A DNA stretch of 63,383 nucleotides, the filler included, from Chrysochromulina tobinii (taxonomy: Eukaryota), in assembly GCA_001275005.1 (NCBI GenBank). It is 8 parts of 8 records of this genome, joined end to end, with 100 filler letters (N's around TTAATTAATTAA, not from the genome) between each part and the next. Parts side by side here need not be neighbours in the genome. Positions count along the whole stretch, not along the records: positions 24,927 to 40,398 come from JWZX01000301.1; 7 more parts are not named here. The stretch is one strand, 5' to 3'. The notes below the pieces were generated by a model that saw only the letters and a program-made list of their open reading frames with translations, did no database searches and was not told the DNA's origin. Of the stretch, positions 31,459-40,498 are shown in pieces (the stretch's first letter is position 1; the number at the start of each line of letters is the position of its first letter). The position numbers and the translations under genes were made by a program.

Positions 31459-34284
31459 ATGCCGCCAACACTGGCGTCCCCCCCTTGGTCGCCCAGGTCC
31501 GTCAACAGCATCGGCATCGACATACGCTCACCAAGAGCAAGCAGCGAACTGTTAGAGAGCGTCGGACGAGGGCGGACCCAATCGTTGGACATGTCCAATG
31601 GACGGCGCCGGAGCTCCGGTGACTCCTTCATGAGTCCACAGGCCAGCTTAGACTCGCTGAATCGCTCCAAAGAGCTGCTACAGCAATCGTCGACCGAGTC
31701 GATCAGATTTCTCTATCGGCACGACTCGTTTGTGCAGGAGGTTCAGGAAGAACGGGAGCGAGTGTTAAAGGAGGCCCGACTGCTGCAGGATAAGCAGGAT
31801 GAGGTCGAGCAGTCACTTAGACGCCATCTCATACTCAAGCGGCACTTCGGCAGGTTCAGGCACTACTACTCCAAGACGAATAGTCTGCTTATGGCCTGCA
31901 ACGTGTTCCTCAACAAGACAATTGCGCTAGGGTGGCAACATTTTCAGACCTGGACGGTCGTCCTGAAGAAGGACAACCAGCTCAAGCGGCGAGCGTTGGC
32001 TGCACTGGTGAGCGGCAACTTCAGGAAAGCTTGGAGCACCTGGAGAGCTGCGGCCGCCGCCTTGGCAGTATCCTCGCGGCGCAGGCGAGTAGCTATTCAA
32101 GAGTGGGCGGGTGCAGGCCGACGTGCAGCCTGGCTGACCTGGCAAGAGGCGACAGTGGAGTGGAAGATGCTCATGCGCGCTGCTCTGGCCTTCATCACAC
32201 CAGCTATGCGCAGAGGGCTTCTCGCGTGGACGAGGGCCGTCAAGGAGAAGGCAGAAAAGCTCATGAAGCTGCAGAGCGCAGCCGCGTCAATGCTGGACTT
32301 CGATCTACGACGAGCCCTCAACTCCTGGGTCGAGCAAGCGCGTGCAGAAGTGGAGAAGGCCCGTCGCATGCGAGCAGCCGCTCTAGAGATCCTCGGCGGC
32401 AAGCAGCGAGCTGCATGGAGAAGCTGGAAAGAGCTTGTTGACGAGCGTCGCAAGCTGCGCCACGCTGCCAAGGGCCTCACATCGCCGGGGTTGCGCCGAG
32501 CCATGACGACATGGATCGAGATGGCTATCGCATCGAAGAGCAACAGAGATATGCTCCGCCGAGGCATGAGCAGCATGCGCAACATCCCCGTACGCAAAGC
32601 GTACAACTCGTGGCATGCCCAGACCCAGCAGCTCATTCACATGCGCAGGGCGTTCAAGGCCATCGTGCATCGGGGGAAGCGTCTGGCGATGAACGTATGG
32701 CTCGAGACGGTGGCGCATGACAACGAGAGCCTTGCCATCCGCAAACGCGCGCTGTCCTCGATCAAAAACAAGCCGCTGCGCCAGGCTTTCAACGGCTGGC
32801 ACGAGCTAGCCAGTGGGCGCTCAGAGACCCTGCGCAAGATGCGCATGGTGATCTCTTCCATGCGCAACAAGGGCCTTCGAGCGGCGATGAACGCTTGGGT
32901 AGAGCAAGCTACCGAGCGCTCAGAAGCACTGCGCAAGATGCGCAAAGCGTCGGCCTCCATGCGCAACTCGGGTCTAGCAGCGGCGATGAATTCATGGGTG
33001 GAGCAGGCCACCCACCAGGCCAACGTCCAGCGCAAGATGAAGGATGCTCTGAGCCAGATCAGGGGAGGCAAGCGCCGTGCCGCGTGGGCGACATGGCTGG
33101 AACTTGCCGACGAGCGTCGCAAGCTGCGCCACGCTGCCAAGGGCCTCACATCGCCGGGGTTGCGCCGAGCCATGACGACATGGATCGAGATGGCTATCGC
33201 ATCGAAGACTAACAGAGATATGCTCCGCCGATGCATGAACAGCATGCGCAACGTCCCCGTACGTAAAGCGTACAACACGTTGCGCGCCATGTGGGAGCAG
33301 CTCTGTTGGATGCGCAAGGCGTTCGCATCGATGATCTACGCGCAGGCACGTCGGGGGCTGAACGCTTGGATGGCCAGGCATCTGGCCCTCCGCAATGCCA
33401 CGCGTGAAAGCCGCAAACTTGCTATTTTTGCTGCCCGGCTGCTGAAGGGAGGCAAGGTTAAGTACGGCTTCGACGTGTGGCGCCAGGTCTGCCGACGGGA
33501 GCGGGAGGATTCTGAAGCCAAGCGCATTTTCAGAATGATCTTCCGGTCGAAGATGCTCAAGTTCTTGTACAGGTGGATCCGCAACGGGAGCAACTGGAAG
33601 ATTGACCTCGTCTGCTCGAGGCTCGCGCAGACGGAGGCGGATCTGCACGAGGTGAGGCGAGCAGCGAAGGTGATGGAGGCCGAAGCAATCGAGCTCCGTC
33701 GAATGCTCGGAGACCACAACGAGGAGCGAAAGTCGAACCTGCGGCTCGAGGCGGAGGCGAATCACCTTCGCAGCTCGCTGGCGGAGACGCGGGCGCTCAA
33801 CAAGCAGCTCGAAGAGCGCGCCAGCCACTTTGACACACAGTATCGGCGCCTTTGGCGTGCCACGCACGACCCTACGTATATCAGTTCCATCCAAGAGGAG
33901 AAGAGGCTCCACACGTATACCCCAGGCAGCAGGTCCCGAGTGGACGAGATGCAGCACCGGAGAGAGCAAGAGGATGCGGCGCTCGCCGACCATGAGCCGA
34001 AGAGCGATGACTTTCTGAACATCAAGCAAATCCCGGGCGAGCCTGCTCTTCGGTGCTCTCGATCGAGCGTGATGGCGGTCTCTACCTTCTCGTCGCGCCA
34101 AATGCGTTCGCCCTCAGCCTCACCAATCCGCGCACGCTCACCAGGATTGAACGGAGAGCTCCAGCGCTTCAGCGAGCTACGGCAGTGGCGCGAGGCGCAG
34201 CTGACGCCCAGCGCGCACTCCCCAGCGCTCGTGTCTACGAGCGTCGGGGGCACTGTGTCGTCGGGTCGAATTCGGAGTAGGTGA
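31459..34284 (+). CDS. Sfi1-like repeat (centrin-binding) coiled-coil protein
   Basis: 941-aa intronless ORF with many R(K/R)A(W/F/M)xxW motifs at ~29-33 aa spacing and a C-terminal coiled coil. Confidence 0.65.
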   Translation: MPPTLASPPWSPRSVNSIGIDIRSPRASSELLESVGRGRTQSLDMSNGRRRSSGDSFMSPQASLDSLNRSKELLQQSSTESIRFLYRHDSFVQEVQEERERVLKEARLLQDKQDEVEQSLRRHLILKRHFGRFRHYYSKTNSLLMACNVFLNKTIALGWQHFQTWTVVLKKDNQLKRRALAALVSGNFRKAWSTWRAAAAALAVSSRRRRVAIQEWAGAGRRAAWLTWQEATVEWKMLMRAALAFITPAMRRGLLAWTRAVKEKAEKLMKLQSAAASMLDFDLRRALNSWVEQARAEVEKARRMRAAALEILGGKQRAAWRSWKELVDERRKLRHAAKGLTSPGLRRAMTTWIEMAIASKSNRDMLRRGMSSMRNIPVRKAYNSWHAQTQQLIHMRRAFKAIVHRGKRLAMNVWLETVAHDNESLAIRKRALSSIKNKPLRQAFNGWHELASGRSETLRKMRMVISSMRNKGLRAAMNAWVEQATERSEALRKMRKASASMRNSGLAAAMNSWVEQATHQANVQRKMKDALSQIRGGKRRAAWATWLELADERRKLRHAAKGLTSPGLRRAMTTWIEMAIASKTNRDMLRRCMNSMRNVPVRKAYNTLRAMWEQLCWMRKAFASMIYAQARRGLNAWMARHLALRNATRESRKLAIFAARLLKGGKVKYGFDVWRQVCRREREDSEAKRIFRMIFRSKMLKFLYRWIRNGSNWKIDLVCSRLAQTEADLHEVRRAAKVMEAEAIELRRMLGDHNEERKSNLRLEAEANHLRSSLAETRALNKQLEERASHFDTQYRRLWRATHDPTYISSIQEEKRLHTYTPGSRSRVDEMQHRREQEDAALADHEPKSDDFLNIKQIPGEPALRCSRSSVMAVSTFSSRQMRSPSASPIRARSPGLNGELQRFSELRQWREAQLTPSAHSPALVSTSVGGTVSSGRIRSR

Positions 34285-34878
34285 GATGTGCCGACGTGTT
34301 GGACATTGCCGGCTGCGAGTCCACCATGGTGCATGGATGTACAATGTGAAGAACACGTTCGACGTGCGGTGACAGGCGCTGCGCCGGGCTGCGCACGTAG
34401 AGCCAGCGCCTCAGGTACAGCTGAATCGTGCATGTGTTTGTGTGAGCGCGTGTGCGGGTGAGTGTCCTCTCCGGTGCTGCCGCGGAGCTCGTCGAGCCGG
34501 AGCAACGAGGGCTCTCAGTTTTGCGCGCACGTGTCTCTACGGTCTTACTGTAACGTGTACATGTAAAGTTGTAAGCGTGTATGTATCGTGTGCTTGCGCC
34601 CGGTCGGCGTCGTCTGCCCGGGCCGCGGGGCGGATCGGGCATCGCCTATCCGGCGTGCCACTGCCAGGTGCCAGCGAGCGAGCGTCTCGGACTTTCGAGG
34701 ATGTTCCATCTCGGATGGCGGGTGCTGCCTTATCCGATTCTGATTTCTCTGTAATTTTTCAAATGTCTCAGAGGCTCCTCGCGGTCTCTCCGGTCCCGCC
34801 GCGCCGCCCGCTCTGCGCTCTCCGCGCGGCGTTGGCCGTTGCGTCCTCGCACACATCGCATCGCTCGCCAGCATTGAG

Positions 34879-35922
34879 TCATGACGCCGCCGCATCCAAT
34901 GAGCCGAGCTCCTCGAGCATCTGTTGGATGCCCTTCATCTGGGCACCAAGGGCGACCGTCTTCTGCAACTGCGCGCGCCGCTGCTCGAGTGCATCCTCAA
35001 GCGTGCGCACGCGTGCTTCCCGCTCCGCTAGCGCCGCGACATGCGCCTCGTGCTCGGCCTGAGCGTCGGCCTTGGCTCTGGCCTGCGCCTCTTTGAGCAC
35101 TGCTAATTGGTCCGCCGCACGCGCGAGCGCGCCGCGCAGCTCTTCCTCGGCGGCCACCCGCTCCCGTAGAACCGCCTCTTTGCTTCGCAGCGCCACGCGC
35201 ATTTCGTCAAGCGCCTTGGCCTGTTCCTCGCACTGGAGGCGCAGCGCATCGTGCGCGTGCTGCACGCGATCGGCGCGCTCCTCGGCGTGCCGCGCGCGCT
35301 CGCCCGCCTCGCGCAGCCTCGCATCCAAGCGCACCGCCGCCTCCGCCGCGTGCCCCTCCGCCTGCGCCGCCTGCGCACGCAGCTTGCTTAGCTCGGCCGA
35401 GTGGCGCTCCTCGGCAGCGTTGAAGGCCGCCGCGGCGCGCTCGTTGGCGGCTCGGCCTCGCTCAGCCTCGATGAGCCGCTCGTTGAGCGCGGCCTCTCGC
35501 GTCGCCGCCGCTGCCACGTGCTCCTCCTGCTCTCTGTGCGACCGAGCGATCAGCATGAGCTGCTCCTTGACCTTCTTGAGCTCCGTGTGCCATGCCTCCG
35601 CGCGCGCCTCGACGGAACGATACTGCTCGAGCTGCGCCGCCGACGCTTCTGCCGCGTGCTTCGCCATGTCGAGCTTTCGCTCCAGCCACTCGCACCGCTC
35701 CGAGGCCTCTCCTGCCAGCCGCTCGGCGCGCCGCTGCTTGGCGGAGGCGTGCTCGGCCTCGCGCGTCGCTCGGCCAAGAGCAGCCTCCTGCTCCTGCAGC
35801 CTACCCTCCATGCACGCCACGGTGGCGCGTAGTGGCGCGAGCACCTCGGCTCGCCAAAGCATGTCATCCGCACCCGCTTCACGCGCTGCTTCCGTCATTT
35901 CGACACCTACCGGTATCGGCAT
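34879..35922 (-). CDS. Coiled-coil protein of unknown function
   Basis: 347-aa E/A/R/L-rich heptad ORF with GC3-rich codon usage. Confidence 0.65.
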   Translation of the reverse strand: MPIPVGVEMTEAAREAGADDMLWRAEVLAPLRATVACMEGRLQEQEAALGRATREAEHASAKQRRAERLAGEASERCEWLERKLDMAKHAAEASAAQLEQYRSVEARAEAWHTELKKVKEQLMLIARSHREQEEHVAAAATREAALNERLIEAERGRAANERAAAAFNAAEERHSAELSKLRAQAAQAEGHAAEAAVRLDARLREAGERARHAEERADRVQHAHDALRLQCEEQAKALDEMRVALRSKEAVLRERVAAEEELRGALARAADQLAVLKEAQARAKADAQAEHEAHVAALAEREARVRTLEDALEQRRAQLQKTVALGAQMKGIQQMLEELGSLDAAAS

Positions 35923-36003
35923 CCGGATATGAATTCACTCCTGGTGCATGGGAGCATGGGTCCCGCCTCTCTACTACAAAAGATGACACGACAGCGCTTC
36001 CCT

Positions 36004-37903
36004 CTACTCGCCCGGCTTGCGCTGCGCGTCGCGCCACACGTCTGACTCGAGGCGCTGTCCCGAGCCGATCTGAGCACTCTCAGTCGCTTCGACGACGGCG
36101 CGCATGCCGTCGGTTACACGGCGCAGCTCAGCGGCGGTCATGATGAAGGGGGGCATGGTGTAGAGCAGACGCCCAAAGGGTCTAAGCCACACGCCTCTCT
36201 CAACGAGCATCGCGCTCACGGTAGGCATGTGGATGGGCTCCTTCATCTCCACCACCCCAATGGCGCCCAGCACGCGCACGTCCTTGACAGCCGACGAGGC
36301 GGCCAGCGGGCGCAGCTCAGCCTCGAGCTGCGCCGAGATTGCACGCACACGCGCCTGCCAGGGGGTTGCGAGCAGCAGCTGCACGGATGCATGCGCCACC
36401 GCGCATGCCAGAGGGTTGGCCATGAAGGTGGGGCCGTGCATCAACGGCACCGGCCGCACGGCACCGCGCCCGCCCGAGGCTCCTTCGGCGACGGCATCGG
36501 TGGCGAGGGTCGCACCCATTGTGAGGTATCCTCCGGTGAGAGCTTTGCCGAGGCAGAGGATATCCGGTGCGATCCCCGCGTGGTCGCAGGCGAACAGCGC
36601 GCCAGTCCTTCCAAAGCCGGTGGCGATCTCGTCCAAGATGAGGAGCACGCCTGATGAAGGAGGCAATCAGGGAGGCGATTAGAGAGGCAATCAGGTGGCG
36701 ATCTCGTCCAAGATGAGGAGCTCGCCTGATGAGGGAGGCCATCAGACGGTCGCACAGGTCAGGCCTGATGAGGGAGGCCATCAGACGGTCGCACAGGTCA
36801 GGCCTGATGAGGGAGGCCATCAGACGGTCGCACAGGTCACAGCACAATCTCAAAATCTCAATCTCTCAAAATCTCAAAAGCCACCAGAGCCGGGCATACG
36901 AGGCACGCGGAGGCCCTCAAATGCCAGCAGAGGTCACACGAGGCAAGCACAAGCAGCGTTCGGAGCCGCTTCCATATTAGGCAAGCACAAGCAGCGTTCG
37001 GAGCCGCCTACCGTGCTGATTGCAGAGCTCTCGCACGCGCCGCAAATAGTCTGCCGAGTAGAAATGCATGCCGCCCGCGCCCTGCACGATCGGCTCGAGG
37101 ATCACCGCCGCGAGCTCGTGCTCGTGCTCGCGCAGCATCGTCGCAAACTCCTCGACGTCCTTCTCAGCACAAGGCTGCCCGAAGAGCGGAGCTGGGCGCG
37201 GCGCGAAGAGATGCTTCGCGAGCACGCCGCCAAACATCTCGGCATGCATGCCATTGACCGGGTCGCACACGGCCATCGCACCGAACGTGTCGCCGTGGTA
37301 GCCGCCGCGCACTGTCAGCAGGCGCGAGCGCCCCTCGATGCCGCGCGCGCGCCAGTACTGTAGCGCCATCTTGATCGCGACCTCGACGGCGATCGAGCCG
37401 GAGTCGCAAAGGAACACGCGCTGCAGCGGCTCGGGCGTGACCTGGACGAGCAGTTCGGCGAGCCGTACAGCCGGCCGGTGAGTCAGCCCACCGAACATGA
37501 CGTGCGCCATCGAGCCCAGCTGCTGCGACGCGGCCTCGTCCAGCTCAGGCACCGCGTAACCGTGCACGGCAGCCCACCATGAGGACATTCCGTCGATGAG
37601 CTCGCGGCCGTCCTCGAGGGTGAGCGTCACACCTGAGGCGTGCGATACCGCGAGGCACGGCACGGGCTGCGTCGCGCTGGTGTACGGGTGCCACAGCCGC
37701 CGTACATCGGCTGCAAGCAGTCTTTCGGTCGCGAGCGAGTTGTCGCGGTCAGCGTTGGCGCCGGCGGTCGCGTCGATGCGAGCGTTGAGGTACGGACACG
37801 ACCGGCTGCGGTCGGCCTGCGTGCTCAGTGTTCGGCGCGTACTGCAGCAGGGCGGTGGCCGTGCCAGCCAGCGCGCAGTCTGACGGAAAAGGTTGCGACG
37901 CAT
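36004..37903 (-). CDS. bioA: Adenosylmethionine-8-amino-7-oxononanoate (DAPA) aminotransferase, with a predicted mitochondrial presequence; intron 36651-37011
   Basis: [65 protein letters not shown] (PLP Lys), [13 protein letters not shown]. Arg-rich, acid-free N-terminus. Confidence 0.93.
36724..36839 (-). repeat. 3 x 39-bp tandem repeat in the bioA intron, each ending in an acceptor-like CCTCCCTCATCAG
   Basis: GCCTGATGAGGGAGGCCATCAGACGGTCGCACAGGTCA repeated three times on +. Confidence 0.9.
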
Positions 37904-38110
37904 GAAGGAACTCCTCGTGAACGTTACTGCTGCTGCTGTGAAACACAAACGGTAACAGGACTACACAATCGGTGGTAGATATGGCGAGGGCAACCACCTC
38001 ACCACTTGTAACACGACAGACGCGACAACCGGTGCACTCGTGTACAATCACACCCCCTGGAGAAACTGACTTTCGTCGCCTCCTCCGCTCCCTCTCCCTT
38101 TCGTTCGGCT

Positions 38111-39370
38111 TTACGGGTTCGGGTGTCCCCTCGTGCGTCGTGGCGGCTTCTGTCGTGTGGTCGGTCGATTTTTGGGAGGATCTGGAATCGAATGAATCGC
38201 TGCACCGAGCGCGGCGTCGAAGTGATCGAATGCAAATCGGATGATAGCTTGGCGCCGCCGATCCTTGAACGTCGGGCGGCTGCATCCGGTCTCCAGAGCC
38301 CCCGCGTCGCACATATCAAAACTCTTCGTCGTCCAGTGGCCCCCGTAGCGGCACAGTGCGCCACCCTTTTTTCGTTTCATTGCGAAGAAGAGCGGCACGC
38401 CGCCCACCGGCTGCGCATACTGCGCAGGGTCGATCTTCGACGCCTGGCTTAGTCGCGGTTTTCCCTCGCCAAGCCACCACTCGAAGGGCGCCGTCATGTC
38501 ACTCGGCAAGTCGTTCCACTCGCCAGCCCCCACATTGAAGGTGAGATGAGAGACCACGCCATCCCTGGTGGAGACGACTGGTACGCCGAATTTCGCTGAG
38601 AGTCCCGGGAGCGTACCACGAGCCACCGCCTCGTTGAGCTGTTCACGCGTGCGTCCAGCCGACTTTGGGATGGTGCTGGTTTCGAGCTGCTCTTCCGCAG
38701 AGCGCGAATCTCCTTCGCCAGGTTGCTGCAACGTGGCTGGTGTCGGCGCCGAGGCGGGCGTGGATGCAGCATCGGCAGCTGAGACTGCATCAGAGGAAGA
38801 GGGTCGCCCTGCAGACGAGGAGACGGTCGCACGCAGCGGCGGAACGCGCGCGCCCGCGTCTCGAGGAAGCACGCACGCGCGCACCAACGGGCGAGTCTCC
38901 TTTCCAAGCCCAGCCCCTAGGCCGAGAATGGACTTCTCCAGGAGGCTATCTTCTCCGGGGACGTAGATCTGCAGCAAGCCGAGGGATGTGTGCCCGACGA
39001 CGGGGCAATACTCATTCCAGCGATTCCCAGCGTCGTCACGACGCGCGATCAGCACTTCGCACTCTCCCACCTGGTAGTCGCGAATGCTCGACTGGGTGGC
39101 AGGCGGCTCACGGCGCGGGCGCTTTGACATGGACTGTGCATCCACGTCGGAGGCGGTGGTCACCAGCGGCGCAGAGACAGCGACTGCTTCTCCAATCACA
39201 ACCATCCCAACCGCTGGTACAGCTGGCTTTGCAATTAGCTGGTTGACCTGCTCAATCATCGCAGCGATGCACGCCAGCGCCTCATCGTCGCCCGCGTATG
39301 TGTTGGCAAGCACTTCGAGCGAGCTGACAGCCGCGATCTTGGCCGCTCGGCGAAGCGAGTCGCGGTCCAT
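38111..39370 (-). CDS. Hypothetical protein; possible Tudor/SH3-like middle region and SRA/PUA-like C-terminal domain
   Basis: 419-aa ORF from ATG. The C-terminal pattern WNDLP..FEWWLGEG...GVPLFFAMKR...CRYGGHW is a by-eye fold resemblance only. Confidence 0.5.
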   Translation of the reverse strand: MDRDSLRRAAKIAAVSSLEVLANTYAGDDEALACIAAMIEQVNQLIAKPAVPAVGMVVIGEAVAVSAPLVTTASDVDAQSMSKRPRREPPATQSSIRDYQVGECEVLIARRDDAGNRWNEYCPVVGHTSLGLLQIYVPGEDSLLEKSILGLGAGLGKETRPLVRACVLPRDAGARVPPLRATVSSSAGRPSSSDAVSAADAASTPASAPTPATLQQPGEGDSRSAEEQLETSTIPKSAGRTREQLNEAVARGTLPGLSAKFGVPVVSTRDGVVSHLTFNVGAGEWNDLPSDMTAPFEWWLGEGKPRLSQASKIDPAQYAQPVGGVPLFFAMKRKKGGALCRYGGHWTTKSFDMCDAGALETGCSRPTFKDRRRQAIIRFAFDHFDAALGAAIHSIPDPPKNRPTTRQKPPRRTRGHPNP

Positions 39371-39704
39371 GCCGCGCGGGGGGCGTCCGTATTTATAATG
39401 TTTACCGGTACCAAGTCTTCTCTGTGCATCACACTTGTTAGGGATGTTAAGTAATAATCAGCCCCGAGAGCTGGCCTTGTGAGGCCGAGCTCTGAGTCCC
39501 TGTGAGTGTGAGGCGCCGAGAGACGGCGGTTAGGACGGAGGTTAAGGTGGTCGGGCGGTGTCGTGCGGTCACTGGTTTGAATCCCCCCATGGGTGGGTGG
39601 GTGGTTGTTTGTGGGCAGCTGGTGTAGTCCAAGCCTGCCATTTGAAGACGAGGTTAAGACGAGGTGCCGCAGTTGCCCTCGTGCTGGTAAGGGTGCTGCT
39701 CCTC

Positions 39705-40398
39705 TGCCGAGAGCAAGATAAGCAGCGTTGATCGAGAGAGCGTTGCCGCGCAGCTGCGGCGGCGAGCGTCACACCCGACAGGGCGATCAGCGGTGCACAC
39801 GCGAGCAGCGAGCGGCCTGTGCCGCTCAAGCTTCCGAGAGCGAGAGCAGCAGCTTCATCGAGAGCGTTGCCGACGCAGCTGCGCACACCCGACAGGGAGA
39901 TGAGCCGTGCAGACACCGAGCACCGAGCGGCCTGTGCCGCTCAAGCTTCCGAGAGCGAGAGCAGCAGCGTTGATCGAGAGCGTGGCCGACGCAGCTTCGG
40001 CGGCGAGCGTCACACCCGACAGGGCGATCAGCGGTGCAGACACCGAGCAGCGAGCGGCCTGTGCCGCCCAAGCCTCCGAGAGCGAGGGCAGCAGCGTTGA
40101 TCGAGAGCGTGGCCGACGCAGCTTCGGCGGCGAGCGTCACACCCGACAGGGCGATCAGCGGTGCAGACACCGAGCAGCGAGCGGCCTGTGCCGCCCAAGC
40201 CTCCGAGGGTGAGAGCAGCAGCTTTGATCGGGAGCGTTGCCGATGCAGCTGCGGCGCGGCGAAGCGGCATTGATCGAGACTGTTGCCGACGCAGCTGCGG
40301 CGGCGAAGCGGCGTTGATCGAGAGCGTTGCCGACGCAGCTGCGTCGGTGAGCTTCACATCCGACAGGGCGATCAGCGGTGCAGACACCGAGCAGCGGG
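39705..40398. repeat. Minisatellite with 127-bp period (about 5 degenerate units), running into the gap
   Basis: GTGCAGACACCGAGCA recurs at 39907, 40034 and 40161 (127-bp spacing), with variant units on either side. Confidence 0.9.
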
Positions 40399-40498
40399 NN
40401 NNNNNNNNNNNNNNNNNNNNNNNNNNNNNNNNNNNNNNNNNNTTAATTAATTAANNNNNNNNNNNNNNNNNNNNNNNNNNNNNNNNNNNNNNNNNNNN
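40399..40498. other. Artificial contig spacer
   Basis: N44-TTAATTAATTAA-N44. Confidence 0.99.

Noticed and set aside
36726..36830. CTGATGAG resembles the hammerhead ribozyme core; TGATGA/CTGA resemble snoRNA C/D boxes
   Set aside because: No GAAA or stem II/III follows, and there is no guide or terminal stem. The motif is explained as the reverse complement of the CTCATCAG acceptor.
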